Positions 1 to 11,837 of a stretch of 64,000 nucleotides of DNA are shown one piece after another (within the stretch, counting starts at the first letter, position 1; each line of letters opens with the position of its first letter). Below the pieces are notes generated by a model. The model worked only from the letters and a program-made list of their open reading frames with translations, searched no databases and was not told the DNA's origin. Position numbers and translations under genes: made by a program. Origin of the DNA: Camelus ferus (taxonomy: Eukaryota); the NCBI RefSeq assembly GCF_009834535.1, contig NC_045696.1, positions 248,001-312,000 of the forward strand. Reading direction: 5' to 3'.

Positions 1-276
1 AAAGCAATTCACATGGAGACGGAAAAGCAAATGTTTGGTAAAGCAAAGTATGCTCAGACCCCTAAGAGCTCCAGCGCCACACCTGGCCCACAGCCCCTGT
101 TGACATCTCTGGTGCTCATTCTACTCCTGTAACAGGCCCTCCATCAAAATCTGATTCAGGCAGCTAAGGGCGAGGTCAAAGTTTCCTCCTGAATCTTTTG
201 AGCCTTGGTTATTTTTAGCTCAAAATAATCAGCATGCTAATGAGACATTTATGGTGGCAAATTTTGCTCATCTGCA
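1..276 (-). mobile_element. ERV1-class LTR 5' portion (MER34/MER39-like), truncated by window edge; probably in S100B intron 1
   Basis: Reverse complement begins TGCAGATGAGCAAAATTTGCCACC..GCATGCTGATTATTTTGAGCT, resembling the recalled MER34-group LTR start. Confidence 0.55.
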
Positions 277-1043
277 CTGGCTTCATCAGATAACCGTATA
301 ATACATGTTTGTTCCTTGATCTTCTTTTTCAAAAAATATTTGCCTCAATTCTACCATATTTATTTTTCCAGTTAAATTTTACAGCTGATGGGTCATGATC
401 CTCATCAATCAAAAAAGTCTCATAAATATTTTTATTAAAAATGAGTTAAGTTTCTGTATTCATTCAAAGGAAAGCAACATTTTTTGACCTTAGTATCTTT
501 TGGAAGGACCTGCACTTTTCTGGCTAAACTTACTCTTGGTCATATGTGTGTGCTGCTGTATAAACAGGACTTTCCCACTATGTTTCCTAAGTGTTTATTG
601 ACAGAATGTAGGCATGCCATTGACTTTTGTGTCCTCATTTGGCTCTAGTCACCTTACTTCTTTCTGGTTAATTCTGGTTGCTCCCTGCACTGTCACCTCA
701 TCTTGGAGCCCTGCCAGGGCAGAGGGCCTCCCAGGGAGGAGGCAGGAGTCAGTTCCCAAGCCCCCTCACTACTCTGCATCTCTGTTTTGGCTGAAGTTGC
801 CCAGTGGCTGGACCCAACCAGAAGCCAGAGGGCTTGGGAACTGGATGTGGCCCTCAGAGACGGAGAAGGGAGAGGAGGGTGGGAGAGTGGCTCTAGGAGA
901 TGGGAGAGCTGCGTAACTCCTGAGAAGGGAGATGAGCCACGGCCATACACCTGTCCTGGGCTGAGGGCTGCACTGGTCATACCTCCACTGCCCGCACTAG
1001 ACGGGCAAAGGCTTGAGAACCGTCTTTCTTTTTGGGCTCCAGG

Positions 1044-1181
1044 ATGTCTGAGCTGGAGAAGGCCATGGTGGCCCTCATTGACGTCTTCCATCAATATTCC
1101 GGAAGGGAGGGTGACAAGCACAAGCTGAAGAAATCTGAGCTCAAGGAGCTCATCAACAATGAACTCTCTCATTTTTTAGAG
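1044..1181 (+). CDS. S100B: S100 calcium-binding protein B, first coding exon (pseudo EF-hand)
   Basis: AG acceptor 1041-1042, ATG 1044, 46 codons [52 protein letters not shown] donor at 1182. Confidence 0.98.
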
Positions 1182-3455
1182 GTGAGTCTTGCTTTTTAAA
1201 ACTCCCCTATGCTCTTTGTCCTCCGAGTTGCTTCCAAAAATGTGTTTGCACAGTTGAACCTTCAGTGTGGAGGCTGGCTTAGGTAGACCTCACACTTTCA
1301 TTTTCATCTGTTTTGTGTCCAGTAGGAGCATGAAGGAGGAACTGCTATCTCAAACACAGAAGTACAGGCTTCAAATAAAACTGACTTTTCTCTGAAAAAC
1401 CTAAGGATTTGCAGCAATATTGATGACAGAATGGGATGTAAAATATACTCATGACTTATCATGGGCCATAGTGAACATCTAAGCAGACTGTTAAAAATAA
1501 GCTTTTGTTCTTAGGAAAAGGACTCTAAGCTTTAGCTCCGTGGTCTGCATCCACCATGGTGATGATAAAGATGCCGTTCACTCAGCAGACACCACTGAGC
1601 TCTCACCACGGTCAGTGTCGCGAGAGACACAGCCCCGACTCAGCCTCTGCTTCTGGGGCACCCGCCCGGCTCGTCAGTGCATGGCCACAAGCCACTGACT
1701 GAGGGCATGAGAGAGAACCTGGCGTCTCTGAGGCCCTGGGGCCTGGGTTGGGGGGGGCTCCGTGGGGTGAGGACCTTGGAGAGGATCTCAGGAGACTGCC
1801 TGAGGGCTCCTGGTGAGCTCCATCTTCCTCACGGGTCCCACCCGGTGGAAGTGTGTCCAGACTCTTCATCGAGGACTCCCTGCCTCACCCCCATTTCCCA
1901 GGCCTTGGGTAAGCCACACGTCACCTCTCCTGAATCAGTCTCCTGTCCTCGAGGCCATGAACTGTCCTCCTGCAATCCACCTGGTACCTGACTTCCCTTG
2001 GTGTCCAGACCCGAGGTCACTGAAGTAACCAGTCACACGCAGGGCAAATGGCCAGAAGATGAACCAGTGCACTGTGTCTGACCAAGAGCTAATTCCAGGG
2101 AATACCCTGGGGCCCTACTGCACAGTGGTGGGGAGTTGCCCTCCTGGCAGGCTGAGTCTCAGTGTTGGACAGGCCCCCGATTCTGGCAGCCAGGCAGCAG
2201 CCGCTGTCTGCAGGGCTGGCCCCACCCAACCCCGACACTCCATTTCTGTGAATGGCGCCACCAGCGCAGGGGAAGCAGCCTGCAGGTTTGGGGGGGGGGG
2301 TTCCCCTAGTCTGATTCTGAAGCTGTTTCTCAGGCATCCAGGTCCACAAAGTGGCAGCTGCCCCACTCACTTTCACTCACCTTGTCCCACCAGGTCTGCC
2401 CCTAACCTAGCAATCAGGAAGTCCCAGATTCTTCTGCAAAAAGGACTGATGTAAGGGTGAGATGAGCCAGTGCCCTGCTCATCACATGTAGCTGCTGTCA
2501 TTAATTATTGATTTAAAGCACAGGAAAAGCTTAGCATGTGGGAACCACGTTTATAGTAAGATAAGCGATTCACGGTAAGTGTATCAAGGTATCACGAATA
2601 TTGTTGGCCTGGTTTTGTGAGGCAGTTTCTGTTTGGAGGTGAGTCTATCATGAAACAGCGATTAATCTTTCAGCAGATGCTTATGGGCCCCACCCCGGCC
2701 CCGGGGTACCTCAATCTTGTACCCATTTTACATCCAAGGCGGCCGACGCACTTCCCGCGACTCCTTCCAGCCACGCTCCCCTGCGCTGGGGACTGACTGT
2801 TCCAAGCAGTCTGCCTTTATGCCCTTCTTCGCGGTCAGCGTTCGTCTGCCCACCACACGCCTGTTCCCCTGAGACTGTCTCACCACTCACCTGGCTCCAA
2901 GTTGGGCAGAATGTCAGGAAAAGTCCCAGGACACCTGGAAAGCAGCTCAAGTGACAAAGCCTGTTCCCAAGAGTTATTTCAGCCAAAACTCATTTTCAAA
3001 ACATGAAAACCCACTGGAAGCCTTCACTGTAGGGCCTTCCACACACAGAAACAATGAAAAACTTGGTGGGGGTGCGGACAAAGGTCATTCTTGCTTTAAA
3101 GACATTGCGTATAATATGTTCGGGCCAATTTAGGCCCTGTTCTTCTTTTCTGGGTGTTTCTGTTTTAACACAAACAACCTCAGGTTTTCAGATCTTGGCT
3201 GTTCCATTCAGCCTTTTTTAAGCAGCCCAGGCCCCACTGGACATAAAGAAGGTGGCAGAGAAGGCTCGGACTGCCAGAGACTTCTGCCAGCCAGCAGCCT
3301 CCTGATCCCAGGAGAAATCTCACCTGGCATTTTGCATTTTATGTCTTAGGTTGTTTCTGATACAAATTACTAAAGCTGGCCAAATTTTAATCATGCTTCG
3401 ATGGCCCTAAACTTCATTTAGAAACATGCTGGGTGACTTCTCTTCTCTCTCTTAG

Positions 3456-3596
3456 GAAATCAAAGAGCAGGAGGTTGTGGACAAAGTCATGGAAACACTG
3501 GACAACGATGGAGATGGAGAATGTGACTTCCAGGAATTTATGGCTTTTGTTGCCATGGTTACCACTGCCTGCCACGAGTTCTTTGAACACGAGTGA
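3456..3596 (+). CDS. S100B: S100B second coding exon (canonical EF-hand)
   Basis: Pyrimidine tract plus AG at 3454-3455; EIKEQEVVDKVMETLDNDGDGECDFQEFMAFVAMVTTACHEFFEHE, TGA 3594-3596; EF loop DNDGDGECDFQE. Confidence 0.98.
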   Translation, partial: EIKEQEVVDKVMETLDNDGDGECDFQEFMAFVAMVTTACHEFFEHE

Positions 3597-4499
3597 ACGG
3601 GAGAAAGCAGACAGGCTGTCCCTGTAGCAGAGACAGAGGCCACGCAGGAAGCGGAGAGCAGGGCTTGCAGGACAGTAGGAGCTGAGCTTTCCAGCTGCAT
3701 TGTTGCTAATTAGGAAGCTTGACTTGCTTTGTGAATGAAGAATTGAAACCTCTTTCCGAGGGCTGTTTTTAACGGTCCCCCATCATTAGTCCTGTGCTGT
3801 TAGGCGTACATGTTAGCCGACTGGTCCCAGGGACTCGTGGTAATCAACATTTAGGAAAGTCAATTCTCAGTCACAAAGCACTGCTATCCTGGCTGTGTAG
3901 ACTCCTAACTCAGAAAAAACAGACTACCTGTCAAAAATGACTACGGGCTAAGCTTCCACTACATTTAAAAATACAAATCTTGGTCTACCATCCTTTGAAA
4001 AGGCTGCCCTTCATTAAGCCTGTTCATCATTGGAGCAAATGAAACCTAATGTGATTGGGCCTGACAGTCTGTCCCACCCACCCAAAGAGCATGGTCACAT
4101 TCAGTCCCCTTTCTTGCAGTGAGCTGTGATCACTGAGTCTGTAGTTAATGCTAAGTCCTAATGGAAAGTATGTCCCATAAAGGAGCAAGTACTGGCATTG
4201 TAGCTGTAATCGGAACTGAGAGTCAAACTTCAGTGGGGTTCTCCTGACAGGATCACACTTGTTGGCTCTGCGGGACGTGTGGCAGAGGGAGCTTGGCCGG
4301 AGCCCATGGCGGGACTCGACTCTGCCTGGGCGGACAGGAGTGTTCTGCCCTGTCTGCAGAATGACTGGTTACGATGTAAGTGGCTGGACTGTTGGTGAAG
4401 GTCATTCCTGACCTGTCTGTGTGCAGACAGGGTCTGCTTGTGACTGTTGGTAAAGTCGGTGAACTTTACGAGCGTTACGCTTTCGTATCCACCAATTCA

Positions 4500-4505
4500 A
4501 ATAAA
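4500..4505 (+). terminator. S100B: Candidate S100B polyadenylation signal (AATAAA)
   Basis: First AATAAA seen downstream of the stop (~900 nt); a second AATAAA lies at 4698-4703. Confidence 0.55.
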
Positions 4506-5829
4506 TTGTTTCAAATAGTCAAGTTACAAATACTAAAAAAATCACTTTCAGGGAAAGTCAAATTAATCTTGTCATCCACCCTTTTTGTTTTGCTTTTTTT
4601 TAAGGACATAGACTTGGAAACTCATAAACCAACAGATTGCTTGTATTTGCTTTGACTGAAAAGCAGTTTAGTAAGTCTCCATGGTCATTAACCGTGAAAT
4701 AAAAGCTAAATTCCTGCAAAACTGGGGAATGAGTCAAGTTTACGTGGCCTGGCTTTGTCGGAGTTGCTGATGCTGTGTCCCCTAGCCAGGGATGCACGAG
4801 GCAGGAGGCTCAGGTGGGGACCGTGGCGGTGGGGGGGGGGTCTGCTGGGGTGGGTCGGAGCCCCGCAGGATAACCTTCCCTGTCATTAGTGCCCACCGCC
4901 TCCTGCCAGGAACTTGTGGCCTGGTGGGCCTCATGTGACCTTTTCTAGACCAATCGCCAGGGAGGGGAACTATGATTGGCTCTGACAGTCACATGCCTGC
5001 CCGCAGGCAGGACTGCGTCAGAGACTGGAAGTGGCTGGGGGTGGGCGTGGTGGAAGCCTGTGCTCGTGGACTGACTGGGCTTGATTCCAGCTTGGCGTTG
5101 CTCCTGGGCCCGGCCTGGGCCAGTCGCTGTGGGCGTTGGGAGGGTCAGTTCTGCGCTGGTGGGTGTTGTCCCACAGGCCTGACCACCCAGACGTTTGGGG
5201 AGAGGAGGTTAGCGGTTGTTTCCCTGTCACAACCCTTGCTGGCCCACCCTGGCCCCTCCCCAAGGCTTGCAGGCCCCCCAACAGCCTCAGAGGGAAGGAG
5301 GAGCCGACACTGGGCAGGATGGAGGGGGCAGGTCTCTGGGGGAGCAGGCCCTGGAAGAGGCCAGCAGGGAGTGCGGTGGGCTTGGACAGGTGAGACTCAG
5401 ACCTGAGCTCCACACCCTAAGGGCTTCCAGAGACCCTCTCGTGCAAAGCCCAAGGTGGGAAGCAGAGGTGGGAGCAGCCTGGGTTCCCTGAGAGCTGTGG
5501 CTGCAGGGGTTGAGAGAGAGGTGGGCCCAGTGGGGGTTGTTAGAGCAAGTGGACTGGGGTTCAAGGCAGCTTCCCACAGGACTCCCAGTCTGTGGACCAG
5601 GCTAGGGGCTGCCCTCTGTTGCTGCTGCTGTCTTGAAATTCTTGGAAACTTTTTGGGGAGGAGCATGGCATTTCGTCCTGCACTGGGTCATTTAAATTAT
5701 GGAGCTGGTCCTGGGCACTGGGCAATGGTGGAGATAAAAATCCTGCATGGCTCTTGTGGGTACAAAAGCCCCTCTGTGCCCTCTGTTTCTTGTTTGAAGG
5801 AAAGGACTTTGGTCTCCTAGGCTTTCCCT

Positions 5830-6363
5830 GAGTTGCACGGGGCAGGCACGAGCAGTTGCTAATTAGAGAAGTGAGGGAACGCAGACACACGTGAAAAGCA
5901 GTCAAAGAACGATAGTGCAGGCATGAAGCAGGCTCACAGGGCTCAGTTCCTTCTCAAGGGAGACACATAACAGTCTGTCACGTATCTTCCAGTTGTTCTG
6001 CAGAAACTAAGGACCCCCCCACCCCTGCCAGCAAAGGATGGTGACTACATACTGACACCAGCATGCAGACCCCAGACTGACTAGAACCGAAAGTTTGAGA
6101 TTGATTCCTGAAACGTCACCCTGTTACCTCAACACCAACCAATCAGAAGAAAGTCATGCACCCTGTAGCTCTCACCCTAAATTTGCCTTTAAAAATCCCT
6201 CCCTGGAAGCTATCAAGGAGTTCGGGTCTTTTGAGCACGAGCTGCCCATTCTCCTTGCTGGGTGCCTGCAAGTAAATGCTGTGCTTTCCTTCACCACAAC
6301 CGGGGGTCAGTACATCGACTTTGCTGCACAGCAGGTGAGCAGACCCAAGTTTGGTTAGTAACA
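5830..6363 (+). mobile_element. ERV LTR (solo, ERV1-like); 5' boundary approximate
   Basis: CCAAT 6139-6143, TATA-like TTTAAAAA 6188-6195, AGTAAA poly(A) variant 6271-6276, terminus TTAGTAACA at 6363. Confidence 0.65.
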
Positions 6364-6850
6364 GGTGATGAAATAAAATTTATATTTTAGGGCAGGACAA
6401 GAAAAGTTAAACTTAAAATTCTGTGTCTGTTTGGGCCCTTCCCTCCCTCTCTCGTGTGCATCTGTGTCACACGTTGGCCAGAGCTCCTCAGTGGGGGCCC
6501 CTGCTCCACCACAAAGATCATTTTTTCCTTTGTTCTGAGGCTAGCATTGTAACTTCTTAAAAGAATAGGGCTCTTTCCCTGCTCTGCAGGGGGTTGTGGT
6601 GACCTGCTGCTCGCTTTGCACATGCTCACCTGCACCATGTATCCTGGTGAACTTTGTATAAAATAGTGTGTCATTTTGACGTATGATCCTTTGTGTCAAA
6701 ATTGTATAATATGACTACGCCTTCGACTTCTAACAGGCAGAAGAGTTCTGAAAGCTTTCTGAGAATCTGTCTCCTGAGTTATAACCCTCAGTCTGGCTCA
6801 AATAATATTCCCTTTTTCCTTGTTAACTTGATAGTTGAATTTCATCAACA
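6364..6850 (+). mobile_element. ERV 5' LTR of a truncated provirus
   Basis: Terminal inverted repeat TGATGAAAT (6366-6374) / ATTTCATCA (6839-6847), ends in CA, TATAAAA 6657-6663, followed by a PBS. Confidence 0.75.
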
Positions 6851-6856
6851 CTTTCT

Positions 6857-6874
6857 TGGCTTAGTCAGCAGGGT
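6857..6874 (+). promoter_or_regulatory. Retroviral primer-binding site, tRNA-Ser type
   Basis: TGGCTTAGTCAGCAGGGT matches 15/18 to TGGCGTAGTCGGCAGGAT (complement of recalled tRNA-Ser 3' end), 6 nt after the LTR end. Confidence 0.7.
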
Positions 6875-7900
6875 ATCAGAGACACCCACCAGAGGACACC
6901 TGGAGTCTGTCCCAAACCAGTGTTTGGTACCAGCACGGGCTCTATGAGCCCCACCCACCTCTCAGTACTCCTCAGGTGCTTTGGTGCATTCTCCTGATAT
7001 CCAGACATCACTGCTTTAACTGACGTCCTGAAGTTTACTCGAACTGTATTTCTTGGGACTTGGAGTCCTAAGGGGATACTGGTACATTTCCTGGGCAGGG
7101 ACCTAGGGGCAACTTTGGAGTGACTTGGGTTGGCTGTCTTTTTAAAATATTGGATTAAATTGGAAAGATTACGTACATATGGCCTGAATAAATTGCTCAT
7201 GAAATGAGAGACTGAGCCTGGTCAGGTCCAAAGAAAAAGGAACATCTCCTTCCGCCCACAAGGCATTGTCAGGTGACTGAGAACCTAGCAGAAGTGTCTG
7301 AGGATCAGTCCTCCAGAAGGGAAGCGGCCCTACAGTGGATCCCACTAGAACCATTAGGTAAGTGATGCTCCCTGTGGGGCAGGGTTAGGCTGATCACCTA
7401 GTGCCCTGAGCATCCACGGTGGTTTTAGGCTGTCGGAGGGAGAAACCAAGACACATGAGAGAGTGGAACGGACCCAAGGGCAGCAACTCAGACAGCGCAC
7501 ATCTGATCCATCACCCTGCCCGCAGGAAGTTGTTCAGATCATAGCCAAATTAGAATACCAAGTTAATAACGGGAAACCAGGAAACCGTGCCTCAAAGGCC
7601 GAGCAGCTCCTGGACGCACAGACACTCACTGGAACTCCTGGTTTCATGTCCAACTGGAACAAAGCCCATGCCTGCAAGCACTTTTCTTAGTTCTTAAAAG
7701 GCCAGGATGGAGCTCTTCTGAGACTCTAGAACTGTACAGAAAGCTGGCCTGATAGAACATCTTTCCAAAATTCTGACCCTGAGAGAACAAGGTATTCCTG
7801 GGAGGAAGCCTGAAGTCCTAACTCCTGTCCTCGTTCTCCACTTCTCTGTGGATGCTCCGCCTGTTTATTCCATCCATCACAGAAGTGTGTGTGGCCTCCA
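6875..7900 (+). mobile_element. ERV internal leader and decayed gag start
   Basis: Follows LTR and PBS; consensus donor AG/GTAAGT at 7358-7363; GNRASK..GTPGFM remnant near 7566-7650 resembles an ERV1 gag N-terminus; 3' boundary approximate. Confidence 0.55.
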
Positions 7901-7914
7901 GCCATCATTCTTTC

Positions 7915-8030
7915 TTCTCTATCAGGGTTTGCTCTGTGTATTTCAGTGCTCTACTGTTAGCTGCATATTTATAATTACTAGGTCTTCCTGATGGATTGGT
8001 CCTTTTATCATTATAAAGCGTCCCTCTTTC
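7915..8030 (-). mobile_element. Old L1 ORF2 endonuclease-region fragment
   Basis: Antisense motif GCATATTTATAATT..TCTTCCTGATGGATTGGTCCTTTTATCATTATA resembles old L1 ORF2. Confidence 0.45.
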
Positions 8031-8503
8031 TCCCCTTCTCCCCCCCCCCCCCGCCCCCACAGGGCTGAGCTTCTGGTGCTGCTCCCCAGGGAGGGGCAGT
8101 CTCAGGTTAAAGTCACCTGGGTGGCTGGTTTGGGCAGGGCTCGCTAGTCTCTTCTCCTGACCACACCCACCAACTGCCAGCTGCTTGCTCTACTGTTTTC
8201 AACAATGCTCTGGGGGCATAAATTGCTCTATAGCTTAATTTGATCCAATCCAGGATTTATTGAAGAAATAGTCCCAAGGTCGGTGTTTGAGATTTGTTCT
8301 AACCCCAGGAAGGGTCTTCCTAGCTGTCTCTTTCCCTGGTTCTCCTGAAACTAGCTGGCCTGCAATTTAGCCTGTATCTTCACTGAGTCTGTGGATCTCC
8401 TCCAGTTGCCCTTTACCACACTGTACTGTTTTTGAATGTCCTTGTGATTATCTTCTCCATGCTCTGGTGCAAATGAAGTCTGAGAAGAACAGAGAAATTT
8501 CCT

Positions 8504-9361
8504 GTTTTTGTTTGTTTGTTTGTTTTGATTGAAGTATACTTACAATGCTGTGTTAGTTTCTGGTGTACAGCATAGTAACTGTTATATATAGATTCCTTTT
8601 CATACTCTTTTTCATTATAGGTTCTTACAAGCTATTGAATATAGTTCCCTGTGCTGTACAGTAAGACCTTGTTGTTTATCTGTTTTATATATAGTAGTTA
8701 GTATCTGCAAACTACGAACTCCCAATTTATCCCTCCATTCCCTTCCTACTCCCCACCCCGTAACCATGTTTGTTTTCTATGTCTGTAAGTCAGTTTCTGT
8801 TTTGCAAATAAGTTCATATGTCATTCTTTTAGATTCCACATATAACTAACATTATATGATATTTGTCTCTTACTTCACTTAGTATGATAATCTCTAGATC
8901 TATCCATGTTGCTGCAAATGGCATTATTTTATTCTTTTTTATAGCTGAGTAGTATTTCATTGTGGAAATATATCACAACTTTATCCAATCATTTGTTGAT
9001 GGACAATTAGGTTGTTTCATGTCTTGGCTATTGTATATAGTGCTTCTATGAACATTGGGGTGCAGGTATCTTTTCAAATTAAAGTTCCCTATGGATATAT
9101 GCCCAGGAGTGGGATTGCTGGATTATAGGGTAAGTAAGTCTGTTTTTAGTTTTTTAAGGAATATCCATACTGTTTTCCATAGGTGCCCCAAATTACACTC
9201 CCACCAGCAGTGTAGGAAGGTTCCCGCTTCTCCATACCCTCTCCAGCATTTATCATTTGTGGACTTTTTAGTGATGGCCATTCTGACTGATGTGAGGTGA
9301 TACCTCATGGTAGTATTTGCATTTCTCTGATAATTAGTGATATTGAGCATCTTTTCATATG
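8504..9361 (-). mobile_element. L1 3' end (ORF2 C-terminus, 3' UTR, degenerate A tail)
   Basis: Minus-strand [43 protein letters not shown] is the L1 ORF2p Cys-rich domain; (TTTG)n tail remnant at 8504-8526. Confidence 0.9.
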
Positions 9362-11831
9362 AGGAGCTGTCTGTTTTATAGCTTGCTTCTACCAGCAGGC
9401 AGCATCTCTGAGCTGGGTTCAGGCCCAGGGGTGAGAACAGTGGTGAACGTCTCTCTGAGTGACACCCCTGCTTTAGATACTGAACACACAGTAGCCTGAG
9501 GTCCTCCCCACTTGCCTCTACCGGCATGGAGCCACCACCCTTTGAGCTGGGAAGTGCAACCAGGCCCTGTGTTCTCAGCGGCACTTGACCAAAGGTAGCT
9601 CCATTCCATGAGTGGAGGCTGGATGCAAGAAATCTCTCACTTCTCACAGGACTCACCAGCTCTGCAGCATCAACAGGTAACTGGGGGCAGGAGCCTGTGT
9701 TCTTGGCTGGGCCTGTTTGGAGTGGAGTTTCCGCGTGGCTCAGCTGGGAGATGGGCAGGCGGGAGCGGTCTCAGTTCAAACAACAGACGCTTGCTTTTCT
9801 TACTCAACTTTCATGCACAGAAGTTTCTTCACTTACTGTATGTTCTTAGGACCATTTCCAACATCTTAAAATTAAAAAAAAAAATCTTCACCAGTTTTAC
9901 TGGCTACCATGTTCATGGAATTTCTGGGGCCGTCTTGCCAGCAGTTGATCTTCTTTATCCCTCAGTGTAAATGCTAAACACTGCTTGTCCTAGAGCTTCT
10001 GTCCCCTCCATCGGCCCAGCACCCTCCAGATGGCCTTCCCCTGTGGCTCGGTCTGCAGCCTCTCGCAGCATCGGGGCACCTGGAGGCTGGCTCACTGCTG
10101 CCTGGAGTGACGACAGGTGACAATGCATCTGTGCTCTCTCTACTCCTCAAAGCTTCATCTAGTCCCTTGTGGCCCTTTTTCAACTTTTGGCTTTTAAGTG
10201 GCATCTGTAATGAACATTCATGATATCTGGCTTCTTCAGTCAATTTGAGAGTCTGGGGAGTAAGGTACCCCATTCTCAGTTGGCACTTAAAACCAATAAT
10301 AACCTCTCAGTCCTCACCTTGCACTGCCCTTGGCAAACTTCACTTTCACAACACCTCACAGGCTCATGGAAAACGTTGCCTCACCAAACGTCAAAAGGCA
10401 GAGCTAGGTTCCAGGAGACCAGGGGGAGGGTCAGGGTGAGGAGGGGAGTGGGCTCAGCTGGGGCGAGGCTGCAGGCTCTTTCTCAGACCACCCACAGCAG
10501 GGTGGGGGCGGCCCAGCCACCTGCTTGGACAATTTAAAGACCATTCCTCTTGAGCACAAGAGGCTTTGAAATTTTGCACGTAGTTACCTCTTAAAAGAAT
10601 TCTTCATTACTGACAATGGACATCATACGAAAGAGGATAAATGCTGCACAGGGTGTTACAACACTGTTACTGCATCCAGTTCAGAACTGAAGTGTTTCTT
10701 TCTCAACCCATTAAGACCCAAAACTCATGCAGAATGATCTCAGATAGAAAGAGAATGCTGCTCTCTCTCCTTTTTGTACATAGCAAGTAGCACACACACG
10801 AGTTGGGGACGGTACACGCTGCCAGCGAGACACAGGCATCAGCAGCCCCTTGCTGGCAGGTCTGAAGGCAGACTCCGGCAGGAACTGGGCAAACACAGGA
10901 AGCAGCTCTTTCCCTCACAGGGTTATGCTGACCATCCCAGCAGAATCACTTTAAAACAAGTCAGCTATATTCATAATCTGAAATTAAGCACAAGTAACAA
11001 GACTTTGCATATAATTATTAGAACATTTTGAAAACAACCTGAATTAAATAGAATCAACAAACAAATGAGCCCCGAGAAAAAGTATGGAAATTATGGTTCT
11101 TAATATAAACTGGCTCCTACAAATCACTAAAAAAAACCCTGGAGCACAGTAAGAACCGTCAGAACAAAAAATGAGAAACTAAAATGACCACAAACACCCG
11201 AGAACACACTCAGCATCACCAGACGAGACACTTACACGACTACCAAGTTGGCAAGGACTTACTTCTCTAGTGCCTGGGCAGCAGGCTGCCAGAAAGAGGC
11301 CCTTCCTTCCGCGCAGCAGCACCCAGAGCTCCACACCTGGCACGACTCAGCCTGCAGGTGCCACGCCCAGGCAGGGCAGGCATTGCCAGCGAGCACGCAA
11401 GCCCACGAGGCTCCCTGCAGCGCAGCTGAAATGACCCGACGCAGCAAGTGAGGGGGCGCTGCCTCTGGTCCTGGTCCCCCCACGACAGCTGCTGAAACAC
11501 GTGGAAAAATGCGTGTCATAAATTAAGATGTCTAATTTCTTAAGTACAAAAGCTGGTTATAAAACTATATGATTCTAATTCTGTAAAAATTCTTTAAGGA
11601 ACAAATAAATCCTCAAAAGGATTTACATCAAATACCAATGCCGTTCTTACCAAGAGGGAGGGTCACGGGAGACTTCATTGTCTTCTTTACGCTATCATGT
11701 GCTTTGTAGATTTTATGCTGTGAGCATAGGCTTTTTTTTTTTTTAATATTCAGAAAAGATGAATGTATAATGTATCCTATTTAGGGTAATTAAAATTTTT
11801 TTCACATATTTCATAATTACAGTCAATAACT

Positions 11832-11837
11832 TTTATT
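11832..11837 (-). terminator. DIP2A: Candidate DIP2A polyadenylation signal (AATAAA on minus strand)
   Basis: TTTATT on plus strand, ~1.6 kb past the stop, in an AU-rich block; decayed repeat-like sequence lies beyond it. Confidence 0.65.

Noticed and set aside
693..1172. 159-aa minus-strand ORF overlapping the S100B exon
   Set aside because: Antisense shadow of a real exon plus intron sequence; no recognisable domain
2290..2300. Poly-G/C runs (also near 4831, 8041, 20761)
   Set aside because: Simple homopolymers; no basis for a functional G-quadruplex claim
2690..2860. Small CpG-rich patch in the S100B coding intron
   Set aside because: Too short for a CpG island; an enhancer role cannot be supported from sequence alone
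9123..9656. 177-aa ORF ending in a Cys-rich domain
   Set aside because: Chance fusion of unique sequence with a decayed L1 ORF2 C-terminus
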